Shown here: in pieces, positions 9,653 to 20,376 of the stretch
Layout of the letters: the number at the start of each line of letters is the position of its first letter
Position numbering within the stretch: the stretch's first letter is position 1
IMG/VR virus record: IMGVR_UViG_2541047763_000005
Location: 1-38,726 of that record
Reading direction: 5' to 3' (one strand)
DNA: 38,726 nucleotides
DNA from: a virus
Lineage: Duplodnaviria; Heunggongvirae; Uroviricota; Caudoviricetes
Notes under the pieces: generated by a model
Told to the model about the DNA's origin: nothing
Seen by the model: only the letters and a program-made list of their open reading frames with translations
Databases searched by the model: none
Made by a program: the position numbers and the translations under genes

Positions 9653-10497
9653 TGCTCCGCAATGATTTTGATGGTTGTGGCAGTAAACGCCGCCCCATTT
9701 GACTGAATGGTTAACGTACTGCCATTTGTGGCAAGAAAGCCGTCTTTATCCACGCTGAAGAACGTAGCTAACAGGATGTTGTCGGTTGTTGTCGCCGCAT
9801 TACGACTGCTGACCAACGTGTCAGGAACAGAGCCGGAAAAGGTTAGCTGCATTGACCTGTTGGCGGTTCCGCTGGGCCACGTCCCGACGATCGACAGCTT
9901 GAAGAACAAGGTTTTGTTCTCGTTGAACACAACCATCTTGTTGTTAACGGTGTCGAAGAATGGTGCCAACGAGCCTGATGACGGCGTGAGCGTTTTCAGC
10001 AGGCTAACAAGGTTGGTCGGCGCTGTCGGGATGGTTACAGATACGCCAGAGTAAACAACCTCTGACTTCTTGCGAGTAGTGGCATACTCCAGGGCATCGA
10101 TGCGCGTTTCATGGTCTGAAACCTGCGACTCCAGCGACTGAACTCTGGTATCAAGAGACGCAATATCGCTTTCATTCTGAGCGATTCGCGTTTCATGTTC
10201 CTGAAGAGTTGATTCTGCCTGGCTGATTCGCTCCTCATGATTAACAAGCGTTGCTTCCGCAGCAGAAATTCGCTGCTCATGGTCAGCGAGAATCACATCC
10301 TGCTCATCGTTCCTGACTTGTGCGTCATAAGCGCCCTGTCCGGCCTCGTTGGCCTTGTTAGCCACGTTACCAACATCAGTGTCCTGTGCGATAACGTAAA
10401 GCAGATACGACTGCGAGAAGATATTGCGTGGAAGGACTGATGTATCAAGCCGCGTAGCTTGGATGATTACCGGCACATTGAGATTCGAATCCGCCAT
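9649..10497 (-). CDS. tail needle protein (gp26-like) with C-terminal knob domain
   Basis: 282-aa ORF with heptad repeats ([65 protein letters not shown]) typical of the trimeric tail needle, plus about 140 extra C-terminal residues as in Sf6-type needles. Confidence 0.8.
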   Translation of the reverse strand: MADSNLNVPVIIQATRLDTSVLPRNIFSQSYLLYVIAQDTDVGNVANKANEAGQGAYDAQVRNDEQDVILADHEQRISAAEATLVNHEERISQAESTLQEHETRIAQNESDIASLDTRVQSLESQVSDHETRIDALEYATTRKKSEVVYSGVSVTIPTAPTNLVSLLKTLTPSSGSLAPFFDTVNNKMVVFNENKTLFFKLSIVGTWPSGTANRSMQLTFSGSVPDTLVSSRNAATTTDNILLATFFSVDKDGFLATNGSTLTIQSNGAAFTATTIKIIAEQ

Positions 10498-11915
10498 TAC
10501 TCAATCCTTATCTGGCAACCAGACAGAGTGACAGGTGACTTCGTGATAACGCGCAATTTGAAACCGACATTTTTCCTGATGCGCCCTACTCGCTTCCACA
10601 AAACGCGTTTGTCGTAAACGAACGGTTCATTCTGCTCAATCATCTGCTCACGCCCGTAATTGATGCCGTCAGTGGTTGCAGAGAGGAACAGGCGGTCGGC
10701 GTACTGAGCTACGCCAGTGGATGATTCCACCTCCAGATCGAAGCATCTGGCGTTATCCGCTTTGAACAGTGGAGTAAACAGCAGGTGTTCCTGTTGAAGC
10801 CCATACTGACTGCTGATATCGAACTGCAATTTCCCGGTCACCGATTCCAGCTTATCGCCGCACGTTATCTGATTTCCTTCGTAAATGAAGTCGATAGCGC
10901 GGTACACATCGTCATACAAGCCTGTTTTCAGTACACACCATTGTGGGCCATTGGCGCTTGAAGATGCGTCGTACACGAGGACGTGACGCGGAAGGTGGAT
11001 AATCAGCAACTCATGAGCATCAAATCGCAGAGACTCCATCACGCCATCAGCCAGTTCATCAGCAGTGTAGGAGCGGAGGATTTTCTCAATGCTCGCGCTG
11101 GCGATTGGTGATACCTGACCAGATCCGATGATGTACACAGACGGCGCACCTGTTGCCGGATTGCTGATGAACGCATACGAATCAGCGAATGGTGTTTTAC
11201 AGTAGGTTCCGGCAATACCTTTCTGCACCATCAGCGATGGCTGCGCGACATACAAAGCAGCACCAACGGTAGTTGCGCCTGTCAGGGAGAAATATTCAAT
11301 CGTCGATGAACCAAAGCAGACGATGAAGTCTCGCCATGTTCCGATGCCGATGATGCCGTCAGGCTGAGACTCGGCACGATATTGTGCGCTGTAACGGTCA
11401 GGATGTGTTTCGTCATCAAGGTCAGTGATAAACCATGAATCAGTGCCGTCTTTTGACCACGCATAACGCCCGCGCAAGCGCGTAATGTCACGAACCGAAC
11501 CTAACTCATACTGAGTGAATCCGCTATCTGTAGGCCAGTTTGAGACGGTTTTAACCGTGCCATCATAGCGGTATTCGACCAGTTGCCCGTTAACACCTAC
11601 CGCCTGTGATGTCCGACCATGTGCCATTGATACGCGACCACTTCCGGCAACGTCACCGACTTCACTTTCGCCTTTGTAGAGCTTGCCACCACACACGCGA
11701 TAAACAGCACTCTGCGCCATGTTGTACTCGACGCCGCGCGATACACCGTTCACATCAGAGCGTTTGGCAATGCCCGGGAATGAGCGAAGATATCCGCTGC
11801 TGTTCAGGATTTCTTTGGGTGTAGCCAACATATTCACTGGCAGATAGTCGATATAGTCGGCGTTTCGAAAGTCTTTGCCGACACCTTTCATAAGCGGAAG
11901 TTGCTGAATCGGCAT
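10497..11915 (-). CDS. head completion / tail hub protein, P22 gp10-like
   Basis: 472-aa ORF, the same length as P22 gp10, in the conserved gp4-gp10-gp26 order. Confidence 0.8.
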   Translation of the reverse strand: MPIQQLPLMKGVGKDFRNADYIDYLPVNMLATPKEILNSSGYLRSFPGIAKRSDVNGVSRGVEYNMAQSAVYRVCGGKLYKGESEVGDVAGSGRVSMAHGRTSQAVGVNGQLVEYRYDGTVKTVSNWPTDSGFTQYELGSVRDITRLRGRYAWSKDGTDSWFITDLDDETHPDRYSAQYRAESQPDGIIGIGTWRDFIVCFGSSTIEYFSLTGATTVGAALYVAQPSLMVQKGIAGTYCKTPFADSYAFISNPATGAPSVYIIGSGQVSPIASASIEKILRSYTADELADGVMESLRFDAHELLIIHLPRHVLVYDASSSANGPQWCVLKTGLYDDVYRAIDFIYEGNQITCGDKLESVTGKLQFDISSQYGLQQEHLLFTPLFKADNARCFDLEVESSTGVAQYADRLFLSATTDGINYGREQMIEQNEPFVYDKRVLWKRVGRIRKNVGFKLRVITKSPVTLSGCQIRIE

Positions 11916-11924
11916 TTATTCACC

Positions 11925-12386
11925 TCACGTACTCGGATCATCTTTCTCGATGTAAAACCGATTCCACGTAAACGCGCTTTTGTTACCACTACCGCGAGGC
12001 ATGTCATTTCGCCGCTCAAGTGGTGGTATTTTTGTTAAAGCGATACAGATTGTCTGATATGCACTGTCAGCAGCGGTCAGGAGAGCATCCGACGGCTGAA
12101 TGACGTTATCCATGCACACTTGCACAGCGAGCTTCAAAGCGACGCCATCATTTGCCCATGCAGGGATACCTGAATCATCGTCAGGTAACGGCATGATGCC
12201 GTTTTCTGTATCCGCAAACTGATATCCAAGCTCGATACCTTTCGCCTGCCATGCTGCCATCATGTCTTCAAGGTCATTAATGGCATCTTCAATTGCCTGA
12301 GGGTCGGCATCTGTCAACGTGGCATTGGAATACAGCCCGGCTTTTCGTAAAGCCTTTAGAACGAGATCACCCTTCGTTTTCGCCAT
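11925..12386 (-). CDS. head completion protein, P22 gp4-like
   Basis: 153-aa ORF immediately downstream of the coat gene, in the gp4 position. Confidence 0.7.
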   Translation of the reverse strand: MAKTKGDLVLKALRKAGLYSNATLTDADPQAIEDAINDLEDMMAAWQAKGIELGYQFADTENGIMPLPDDDSGIPAWANDGVALKLAVQVCMDNVIQPSDALLTAADSAYQTICIALTKIPPLERRNDMPRGSGNKSAFTWNRFYIEKDDPST

Positions 12387-12555
12387 CTTCTTCCGCCTTA
12401 GCCACTTTTTGCTTCGTTGCGGTTTCTTCAGGAGTTTTTACCCAACCTTTTTTCAGGTGAGATTTAACTTCTTCGTCATCAACAATGATGTAATCGACAG
12501 CAAACTGACCACAGGTGATCATGTTGCCAGGCTTATAGAGCATTGTTCGTGCCAT
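12367..12555 (-). CDS. small hypothetical protein between coat and gp4-like genes
   Basis: Start placed at the internal Met of track ORF 12367..12594 (MARTMLYKPGNMITCGQFAVDY...). P22 also carries a small ORF here. Confidence 0.3.
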   Translation of the reverse strand: MARTMLYKPGNMITCGQFAVDYIIVDDEEVKSHLKKGWVKTPEETATKQKVAKAEEDGENEG

Positions 12556-12596
12556 TGTCTTCTCCCAATAAAAATGGGGCCGAAGCCCCACCAAAA

Positions 12597-13850
12597 TTAC
12601 TGCCCGGCAATAACGATGCCCGTATATTCAGGAACAAGTACAGAGCAACCGTACAGAGTGGTGAAACGAGCAGTGGTTACGCCTTTGATGTGGTCGAAGG
12701 CGTAAGACATGATCAGCGTAGCGCCCTGCTCGGTGGTTGCTGTCATTACCTGTGGACCCTGACCAGTCGGGAACGCTAGTTTGCCGTACATCAGCTCAAC
12801 AGAACCATCAGCCCAGAACAGGTTAGCAGGTGCTGCGTTCTTGTTGAGAATGGTGATTGCTGCTGATTCTGCCGGTTTGGCATCGACGTTTGCATATGGA
12901 CGACTCGCAACATCGGTATTTTCAACAGGGAGAATCTTTGGAGAGATTGTTACGGTAGTTCCGCTAACAGCCAGAACACGGAATACCTGCGGTTGCCCGG
13001 TGGTATCTTTTGTGATCTGGTGTACGGAATTCACACCGGCAATGGTGAACGCATCACCAACCTGCAAGCCAGATGCAGATACCGTAATAGTCCCCTGTCG
13101 GTTATCAACTGGCATACCATTTGAATCTTTCGCTTCAACCTTGTGTTCAGGTTGGCCTGATACTGTCAAGGATTCAGCGCTTCCTTTCGGTAATCGACCA
13201 GAAATATCGGTCTTGTAGCTATCAAAGGAAGCAACCGGAGGGATCTGCGCTTTTTCGTATGCTGTCAGGGTTGCGCCCTGAGCGTAGGCACGGTGACCAA
13301 GCTCGCCAGCAAGGTCTTTGTAGTTGAAGGGGTTCCAGAAAGAGCGACGGTTGATACCCTGCGGTACACCAATCGCCGTCATGGTGGCATCAATACCTGC
13401 CGCACAGTTCCACAAATCACGGCCCTGTGTACCTGTGGTTGAGTCAGACATTGTGATCACGTTAGTAGCACGCTGCGTAACCATGGAAATCAGGTCAGAG
13501 TCAATCTGTGCAGCAAGGCGCATACCTGCGGCGCGACCAGCTTCAGTTTTATGCTCAGGGTCACGCATTTCACGCGCATCCAGAGTGTACAGAATGTTTT
13601 TCGGCTCCTTGAACACAGAAGGAACAAGGCGCTGAACCAGTGCTGTAGGCGTTTTGCTGCTGAGATCGAGGCCTTCCTCAATGTTCATGTGGTAATGCTG
13701 CGGACGATACAGAACATCACCTGCTCGCTGCATTGCTGTATCACCGGGACGGAATTTTTTAGCGTTACGGGAAACTACGCAGGCGGCCTCAAAGCCTTCA
13801 ACGTAGTTTTCGAACATGATTTCAAGGTCTTTTGCTAATTGGTTAGCCAT
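12597..13850 (-). CDS. major capsid (coat) protein, P22-like family
   Basis: 417-aa ORF after the scaffold gene; size and order match P22/Sf6 coat proteins. Confidence 0.8.
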   Translation of the reverse strand: MANQLAKDLEIMFENYVEGFEAACVVSRNAKKFRPGDTAMQRAGDVLYRPQHYHMNIEEGLDLSSKTPTALVQRLVPSVFKEPKNILYTLDAREMRDPEHKTEAGRAAGMRLAAQIDSDLISMVTQRATNVITMSDSTTGTQGRDLWNCAAGIDATMTAIGVPQGINRRSFWNPFNYKDLAGELGHRAYAQGATLTAYEKAQIPPVASFDSYKTDISGRLPKGSAESLTVSGQPEHKVEAKDSNGMPVDNRQGTITVSASGLQVGDAFTIAGVNSVHQITKDTTGQPQVFRVLAVSGTTVTISPKILPVENTDVASRPYANVDAKPAESAAITILNKNAAPANLFWADGSVELMYGKLAFPTGQGPQVMTATTEQGATLIMSYAFDHIKGVTTARFTTLYGCSVLVPEYTGIVIAGQ

Positions 13851-13868
13851 GCTTAATGCTCCGATAGG

Positions 13869-14762
13869 TTATTTTTTTGCCTTTTTAGCGGCGAAATACG
13901 GCGTCCAGTCACCAGTTTCCAGCGCCTTGGCTTTCAATTTGTCGAGGTTGTTGATTACTGCGCCGTTGCTCCCCTTAACTGTCGGGGTTGTGGCTGCCGT
14001 GGTTTTTGCTTTTGGCATGATTCTGGCCTTCGATTCGATACGTTCCAGCAGACGACCAATTGCTACGGGGTTGGTAGCTTCTGCCAGTTGCTTGCGCAGT
14101 TCAGCGTTGCGACCGAGCGCCAGAACAACGATTTCCGGCTTCTCTGACTCAAGAAGGATCATGTCCTGAATATGAACAGGAACATCTTCGCGTACAGCCT
14201 GCTCTGCATCCTGGTAGCCAGCCACTTTCAGTGCTTTTACTCTCTGCATGTAATTGGCTGCTTTCTGCTGAAGCGTTGCGGTACGCGCCTCTTCCTCTCG
14301 TTTCCGCTCTCGTACTTGCTCCTGGTATTTGCCGTTATCCTCTGCCCACTTAGCCATGCGTTGCTGGTAGATTTCTTCATCGAAACCGATGTCCTCATCG
14401 TCCAGTTTTGGCATTCGCGGTGGTTGAGTGATTACCGGCTGCTGCTCGACGGGTTTCTGAGACTGACGCATCAGCTCTTTCAGCTCGCGGTCTTTCTCTT
14501 TAATCGTCTTGCGCAAGTGTTTTACCAGTCCATGCTCAGCTCCATCTTCGCTGGTTGGCGAATCCAGCTTTTCGTCACCAAAGTAGAATTCCTGTTCTGA
14601 TTCGTCGTCATCAGTGTCAGTAGCTTCCTCTGCATCATTTCCTGAGGACTCACTGCCATCTGCTGTTTCGACTTCTTCAGCCAGTTCGACATCATCAGGA
14701 ATCTGCTCTGACGCGTCGGTTTCGATTTCAACTTCTGGTGTGTTTTCTGCCATCTGGTCCAT
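13869..14762 (-). CDS. scaffolding protein
   Basis: 297-aa highly acidic, helical ORF between portal and coat (P22 gp8 is 303 aa). Confidence 0.7.
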   Translation of the reverse strand: MDQMAENTPEVEIETDASEQIPDDVELAEEVETADGSESSGNDAEEATDTDDDESEQEFYFGDEKLDSPTSEDGAEHGLVKHLRKTIKEKDRELKELMRQSQKPVEQQPVITQPPRMPKLDDEDIGFDEEIYQQRMAKWAEDNGKYQEQVRERKREEEARTATLQQKAANYMQRVKALKVAGYQDAEQAVREDVPVHIQDMILLESEKPEIVVLALGRNAELRKQLAEATNPVAIGRLLERIESKARIMPKAKTTAATTPTVKGSNGAVINNLDKLKAKALETGDWTPYFAAKKAKK

Positions 14763-14852
14763 TTTTTACCCCTGTTTACTCGATGTTCAGCCCATCGGAA
14801 GGCAATAGGGTGCCAGGCCTCATAAAGACAGCCATTGCACGTTATGGGTTAA

Positions 14853-17051
14853 TTACTGCTGTGGTTGTTGCTGAGTTGATTTTTGCAGGATGCTGTTGAT
14901 GTCCATGCGCTGCGCATGGCCCTGCGCCTGACTCTTCAGGACAAGCTCTGCATCAGCACGGGCATTATCTCCTTGCTGTTGCTGGAACTGTCCGAGCAGT
15001 TTCAGCGCCTCACGGATATCAGATTTTTGCTGGCTATCGGCAGATGCGAGGATTTTCACAACATTTGCCGCAGCAACCTGAGCATCCGTCTGTGCCTGGA
15101 ATGCTTTAACCTGAATGGCTGCTTGTTCGTTCTGCGCTTTCTGCAATTCAGCCTGACCAGCAAGAAGCTGACCTTGCGCAGCAACCATAGCCGGATCTGG
15201 CTGACTGGCCTGTTGTTGTTTCGCCTGCTCAACCATTTGCTGTTCTTCAGGCGTTCTCGGCTTGATAACGCCAGACAGAAGCAACTGATTGCGGTTGTAT
15301 TCTTTCAGGTCGTCCATCCCTTCGCCGTCCATATTGTCGAGAATCATCGACGATACAAGGTCATGCTTCGGCGTTCCTGGCGGGATAAGTGCCAGCATGG
15401 AAAGTAACGACTTAACCGTTGCATCACGGCGAGTAGCGAACGACTGACCGACATCGACAGTCACTTCATAGTTACCCTGCGAAAGGTCGTTAAGCGCGAT
15501 AACCTGCCCTGTCTGACGGTCAACCACTTCACCAGTCATCAGCGCCACGTCATCGCTGCCGTCCTCATTAACGATACGCATCGGCGTATCGCTGCCATAG
15601 ACTTCACGCGCCATAGAAAGCCACACAACGCCAGCGCGACGCATGGATTTAGCCATGTTGTCCATGTAGATATAGGACTGCGTGTCCATCCGGTTAAAAA
15701 TGCTATCAACGGTATCGGTGGCGACGTTGCTCGGCATGTTCTCAAGCTGCGAAGCACCTGTAATTTGCTGAATAGCCGTTCCGGTGTACTGCAATAGCCC
15801 GGCAAGAGCTGGAGGCATTTGTGTCGGAGGCGTCCAGCCAGCAACCTGAGCCTCTGAAATGACCGTTCCGTTTTTGTCCTTCTTGCTGGTCATGGGAAGA
15901 ACTGCTGGTCTTTCCTTATTCCTCTCTGCCCAGTGATTCATTAATGGACCGGGAATGAAATCAACATCCACGATAGGAATGCCATCACCGCCAGCCTGAG
16001 TAGCGTTATCTGCAATCATGGAAACCATCAGGTTCTCAAGACGCTGTGCATCCATCGCTTTTGCAGCGTGGCCTTCGATTCGCTCCTGATTATCAACAAA
16101 TGAGCGACGCCCATATACCGGGATGAGAGGAATATGTTCGCCCGGAATACGCTTCGGTTCTTCCAGCCATTCAGCGCCAGACAGAAGGCCGCAATAAACG
16201 CGGCGTTTCTTCACTGTCCGCTCGCCAATCAGTTCGAATGCGCCATCGGTCAGCTCGTCAACAATATCTTTGATTTGCTCTTCATCATAGATTGCCGTTT
16301 CTCCGCTAACAGGGTTGCGCCACGCCGTGAGCTTCACCTTCTCTATGCGAACTTCGTAGTAGCGTCCAACATAGATGGCATCGGGCGTTGACCAGTCATA
16401 CTGAGTGCCAGTGTCATCACGAGAAAGGCTTGCCGCGATGGAATCAGGGTATTCAGTCTCGAACGCTTTAGGCGTCATGGAGAACATTTCCATAGCCCAC
16501 ATAGCATCAGAACGGTCATATTGCTTGCTGTCCTGATCGAAGAAGACGCATGTCGCTGGGTCGTAAACAGGAAGAAGGCTGATGCGGCGCTGCTCGTTAC
16601 TCGGATCCATTTCATCTTCGTAATCGGCACACATGCGGAAACAACCGAATCCGCCCGTTACAGCATCATCAAATGCGTTATCACACGCTTCGCCACCGGA
16701 TGTTTCCTGATAGTCAGCGCGGAATTTGCCGTTCATCTTTTCGGCTAACGCTTCCGATGCCTTATCGTCCTTCGGCCTGAATTTAACGCTGATGCGATTC
16801 TGTCGATACTCGCCAATGATGCGATCACATTCACGGGCAATCTTATTCAGTTCAAAGCGCGGGTAATGCTCAAACCTGCCTTCATCAAATGAGTAACCAG
16901 CGTTTGTGCTGCCTTCCCACTGTGCGCCGGACACCCGGACGAAACGTTGAGCCTCAATAATCTGCTCACGCATATCCTGCGTTGCTGACCAGGCATTATC
17001 AAAGTTGCACAGCACCTTGCGATGCCAGTCAGTCATCTTTTTTTCTGCCAT
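14853..17051 (-). CDS. portal protein, P22 gp1 family
   Basis: 732-aa ORF; GEHIPLIPVYG and the C-terminal helical barrel DPAMVAAQGQLLAGQAELQKAQNEQ...RADAELVLKSQAQGHAQRMDINSILQ match the P22 portal as I recall it. Confidence 0.9.
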   Translation of the reverse strand: MAEKKMTDWHRKVLCNFDNAWSATQDMREQIIEAQRFVRVSGAQWEGSTNAGYSFDEGRFEHYPRFELNKIARECDRIIGEYRQNRISVKFRPKDDKASEALAEKMNGKFRADYQETSGGEACDNAFDDAVTGGFGCFRMCADYEDEMDPSNEQRRISLLPVYDPATCVFFDQDSKQYDRSDAMWAMEMFSMTPKAFETEYPDSIAASLSRDDTGTQYDWSTPDAIYVGRYYEVRIEKVKLTAWRNPVSGETAIYDEEQIKDIVDELTDGAFELIGERTVKKRRVYCGLLSGAEWLEEPKRIPGEHIPLIPVYGRRSFVDNQERIEGHAAKAMDAQRLENLMVSMIADNATQAGGDGIPIVDVDFIPGPLMNHWAERNKERPAVLPMTSKKDKNGTVISEAQVAGWTPPTQMPPALAGLLQYTGTAIQQITGASQLENMPSNVATDTVDSIFNRMDTQSYIYMDNMAKSMRRAGVVWLSMAREVYGSDTPMRIVNEDGSDDVALMTGEVVDRQTGQVIALNDLSQGNYEVTVDVGQSFATRRDATVKSLLSMLALIPPGTPKHDLVSSMILDNMDGEGMDDLKEYNRNQLLLSGVIKPRTPEEQQMVEQAKQQQASQPDPAMVAAQGQLLAGQAELQKAQNEQAAIQVKAFQAQTDAQVAAANVVKILASADSQQKSDIREALKLLGQFQQQQGDNARADAELVLKSQAQGHAQRMDINSILQKSTQQQPQQ

Positions 17052-17052
17052 A

Positions 17053-18468
17053 TCAACCTACACCACAAGGAATTGAGTAACTGGAATAGTCGGGTTGCGC
17101 AGCCGACTCCGGGCAATGCATACACATCATCAGCGCATCAGCCAGGTTAGGAGATGGGATACCGAGCTTCTGCTTCATTTCGACCTTAGTCATAAGCTCC
17201 AGCTTCCCGTTATTATTGAATTTGCGCTGAATCTGCGTCAGTTCTGCAAACAGCTTCTCCAGCATCTTCTCGCCTATCGCTTCTTTGTCGAAGCTCAGCA
17301 TGTCGTCGGGGTCTGCATACTCACCGTGGACAACCGCCCGATATGTCAGATACAGCCTGTCAGCCAGCGCGTAATAGAATTGCGCTCGCTTATTGCGGAA
17401 CACATCACCAATAGTGCGAACGTTGTCGCCCTGTACGACTTCATCAGCCCATGCTCCGGCCTGATACGGCGCATCTTCATCGAATGGCGATTCACTGCCC
17501 TTGAACATCGTGGCGGTGATTTTCTTACCGGAGAATGCTTCCGTTGTCTGTCTGCGTAGCCCCGCACCGACGCCATCACCATCCCACAGGTAATGGTCAG
17601 CGCTGTCTTCAATCGCCAGCGAAGTAGCCCAGTCAGCACCCTCGTTGATGTCCATCAGCAGACCTTCGGCAATGCGCTTAACCACCGAACCGTGACGCGA
17701 TGCGTAACCTTTAGCATCTGGCCCTGTATCTGACGGGTCATGCGCAGAAACAACCGCACCTTTCGCTTTCCATCCGAGTTTCTTGTGCGCATCGGTTGCG
17801 GCTTCAAGCCATTCACGTTTGATGATTGCCATATCACTTGCGCTTACCGGCTCACCAAGCCAGATGTGACGATACAGTGTCGGATTTCTGCGTTTGCACT
17901 CTTCCATCTCCAGACGGAGAACTTCAGGAAAGTGCGGGTTGTCGGTGTAGTTCACCGTCAGCAGACAAATATCATCGGGAGGGTTTACTACGAATCGCTG
18001 ATAGGTATCGTCGAGGATGTTTTTCGGGTTGAAGCTCACCCATATTTCGGAAAATGGCTTGCGGATGGTTGGTATCAGGATATCCCATGATTCCTTCGTT
18101 ACCGCTTCCGCTTCCTCCACCCAGCAGATATCAATGCCTTCGAGCGATTTAATCTTCGTCGGGTTGTTTTTGATGCCGTAGAACATGAACTCAGCATTCG
18201 TTCCGAGATGACGAATCATTGAACGCTGAATTTCAAACTCAGCCGAATACCCTTCCCGCTCTATGGTGTCTTCAAGCAACCGGATTACCGAATCGCTGAT
18301 ACTGTTTTGCAGTTCACGAGCGCAGAGAATACGCACCGGCTGCCGACGCGCCGCTTCAACAAGCAGCCTCGCGATTGCCCATGACTTACCGCTACCTCGA
18401 CCGCCTTTGGCGACTTTATAGCGATGCGCCTCAATGAACGGTTCAAAGATAGGATTAATCGAGGTCAT
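17053..18468 (-). CDS. terminase large subunit
   Basis: 471-aa ORF with Walker A motif KGGRGSGKS near the N-terminus and a nuclease-type C-terminal half; ATGA overlap with the small-subunit gene. Confidence 0.9.
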   Translation of the reverse strand: MTSINPIFEPFIEAHRYKVAKGGRGSGKSWAIARLLVEAARRQPVRILCARELQNSISDSVIRLLEDTIEREGYSAEFEIQRSMIRHLGTNAEFMFYGIKNNPTKIKSLEGIDICWVEEAEAVTKESWDILIPTIRKPFSEIWVSFNPKNILDDTYQRFVVNPPDDICLLTVNYTDNPHFPEVLRLEMEECKRRNPTLYRHIWLGEPVSASDMAIIKREWLEAATDAHKKLGWKAKGAVVSAHDPSDTGPDAKGYASRHGSVVKRIAEGLLMDINEGADWATSLAIEDSADHYLWDGDGVGAGLRRQTTEAFSGKKITATMFKGSESPFDEDAPYQAGAWADEVVQGDNVRTIGDVFRNKRAQFYYALADRLYLTYRAVVHGEYADPDDMLSFDKEAIGEKMLEKLFAELTQIQRKFNNNGKLELMTKVEMKQKLGIPSPNLADALMMCMHCPESAAQPDYSSYSIPCGVG

Positions 18469-18905
18469 TTTCCGAATAGAGTGCTCATCGGTGATGTTTC
18501 AATCTGGATTGCGCCGCCGTCTTTGCCTGTTAGCTCGTGATCAACCTTATCGCGCCATTTATCCTTCTGTCGGTTCTTAAGCCAGAAGATGGCGGCGGTT
18601 GTATCAGGCGGGTAATACTTCTCAAGCGGAGTTTCGACAATTCTGTTTTCAATAACACGAATATCGATGTCTGGAGCCACGAAGCCCATAGCGCGTTGAT
18701 AAAGACGATCACTAACTTCTGCATCAGCGACGGCCTTACCCTTTTTTATGGACTCCGAAAACTCAGGATAATCAAGCTTCCACTTGTTAATAGTTGACTC
18801 ACTGACTTCGAAGAAATCAGCAAGCTCTGCATCGGTGTAGCCCAGCAAGCACAGTTTGCGTGCCTGTTCGGCATACGCCTCTTGATACTTTGTTGGGCGC
18901 GCCAT
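18465..18905 (-). CDS. terminase small subunit
   Basis: 146-aa ORF immediately upstream of and overlapping the large terminase; N-terminal helix-turn-helix-like segment. Confidence 0.65.
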   Translation of the reverse strand: MARPTKYQEAYAEQARKLCLLGYTDAELADFFEVSESTINKWKLDYPEFSESIKKGKAVADAEVSDRLYQRAMGFVAPDIDIRVIENRIVETPLEKYYPPDTTAAIFWLKNRQKDKWRDKVDHELTGKDGGAIQIETSPMSTLFGK

Positions 18906-18907
18906 GT

Positions 18908-19150
18908 TTATGCTCCGGTAGTGAACAGGTCTAACGCTTCCTTCGATTTACGCACCGCTTCGATTGTGCGGGTCGTGATATCTGAATTAGCGCCGCCTGA
19001 CTGGAAGTGAATTTTGAATAACTCAAGCTTCAGCTCGTCAGTGCCAATGAACTGAAATGCTTCTTCTGCGGCTGCGTTCTGGTTCATGACCAGTTTGTAA
19101 ATCTCTAACTGGAATTTCTGTTCTTCAGTCATGGGAATAATCTCTGCCAT
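18908..19150 (-). CDS. hypothetical protein upstream of terminase
   Basis: 80-aa ORF ending 2 nt before the small terminase start. Confidence 0.45.
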   Translation of the reverse strand: MAEIIPMTEEQKFQLEIYKLVMNQNAAAEEAFQFIGTDELKLELFKIHFQSGGANSDITTRTIEAVRKSKEALDLFTTGA

Positions 19151-19254
19151 TGTTGGCTCCGTTTATCCGTTAAAAGGGATATCAGTTAAGTTATCCCGTG
19201 TAGGGTATAAGCCATTATCAAAGCCACTCTGTAGGGAATGGCTTTTGTGATGGC

Positions 19255-19279
19255 AATAAAAAAGGCCGCCTGAGCGACC
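19255..19279 (-). terminator. putative rho-independent terminator
   Basis: On the minus strand: GGUCGC-UCAG-GCGGCC stem-loop (one G-U pair) followed by UUUUUUAUU. Confidence 0.4.
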
Positions 19280-19289
19280 TGTTAGTTGT

Positions 19290-19475
19290 TCACAACTTCC
19301 ATTGAAGGTCCAGCATGTCGAAAAATGATCCGCATTTAGGGGGATTTTCCATTCTTGCCCTCTCTTCAGCCGCTTTGTAATAAGCCATTGGCCTTTTCAC
19401 ACCATCAGCACCAGTGATGTATTCAACGCCTTCCTTCGGATCTTTGTTTACTGAAACCATCGCAACCTCTTCCAC
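19290..19475 (-). CDS. hypothetical small protein
   Basis: 61-aa ORF from the track; no recognised motif. Confidence 0.35.
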   Translation of the reverse strand: MEEVAMVSVNKDPKEGVEYITGADGVKRPMAYYKAAEERARMENPPKCGSFFDMLDLQWKL

Positions 19476-19621
19476 TTGTTCATCATCGATTCAGCGGATG
19501 TCTTTCCATCAGTCCGCCACCACAAAGAATCTTTTTTGCCATAAGGCTGGAGGTTCATCTTTCAGTGGCTGCCAGTGTTATTTCCCCACTTACTGGCTTG
19601 GGTTGCTTCGTGGTACTGCTG

Positions 19622-20158
19622 TTAATTAGTGAGTCCGGGGATTACGGTTTGCCCGTGCTGTTCAAGGCGTTCAATTCTCGCCAGTAGCTGAGGCTTCTTA
19701 ATTTTTCCCCAGCGATTGAGCAGGCGGCCAGACATACTGGCGACATCCTTCTCTTTCATATACTCCAGCATTATGGCGTTGCGTTCTGCTTCATAACTTT
19801 CGCTGTACTTACGGAGTTCTGCAGACATCCAGTTAAAGGCATTTATATAGGCCTCTTTAACAGCGTCGGCTTTTGCGCCATTAAATCCCATGACCAGCAT
19901 AACGAAGCCACTAAAGTCCATGCGGTAGTAAATCTGTTTCTTGTCAAAAATCCCTAAGTCATTGATTTTTTCGGCAACGCAAAAATGCGCTCTCCGGAAA
20001 TCTTCAGAGCAATGACAATTTTTCAGCGCCCTCAATACGTCCGCATGACGCTTACCAAATGCCTTTGCGATCTGGAAGGTGTCAGTTACCGGTTGACCTT
20101 CTGCTGCGGTAACTAACTGGCGAAAGTCAAAGTCATGATTCACAATTAATTCATTCAT
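19622..20158 (-). CDS. rha: Rha-family phage regulatory protein
   Basis: Start moved to the first ATG (MNELIVNHDFDFRQLVTAAEGQPVTDTFQIAKAFGKRHADVLRALKN...) with an AGGTAA ribosome-binding site; N-terminal Rha-type domain; lies between lysis and terminase genes as rha does in P22. Confidence 0.6.
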   Translation of the reverse strand: MNELIVNHDFDFRQLVTAAEGQPVTDTFQIAKAFGKRHADVLRALKNCHCSEDFRRAHFCVAEKINDLGIFDKKQIYYRMDFSGFVMLVMGFNGAKADAVKEAYINAFNWMSAELRKYSESYEAERNAIMLEYMKEKDVASMSGRLLNRWGKIKKPQLLARIERLEQHGQTVIPGLTN

Positions 20159-20310
20159 GGCGTTACCTGCTACTTCGAAATGAACCTTTGCCGCACAGGA
20201 AACCAGCCCACCGAGGCTCGCCAGCACTAACTGGTATCCTCAAAGGCCCATTCCAAAGGGTCAGGTTCGGTGGTTATTGTGCGCTGCGGTGCGCGGTGAA
20301 ATACCTATAC

Positions 20311-20334
20311 AAAAACGCCCCGCATCTGCGAGGC
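20311..20334 (-). terminator. putative rho-independent terminator downstream of Rz
   Basis: On the minus strand: GCCUCGC-AGAU-GCGGGGC stem (7 bp, one G-U) followed by GUUUUU. Confidence 0.45.
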
Positions 20335-20376
20335 ATTTTCCTGAAAGTCACTTGTTAAATTTCAGTGAAATTAAAA

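Noticed and set aside
5267-18090. Numerous plus-strand ORFs of 60-170 aa across the structural module (e.g. 8085..8489, 9404..9706, 14172..14600, 14883..15407, 17095..17559)
   Set aside because: All are antisense to long, well-supported minus-strand structural genes, lack ribosome-binding sites and have biased low-complexity compositions; they are treated as shadow ORFs.
20158-20227. N-terminal extension of the rha ORF (track start 20227) and similar upstream extensions of the N, 207-aa, coiled-coil and erf ORFs
   Set aside because: The extended starts use non-ATG codons without ribosome-binding sites and sometimes run through terminator hairpins; the first ATG with a Shine-Dalgarno sequence gives products matching known protein N-termini.
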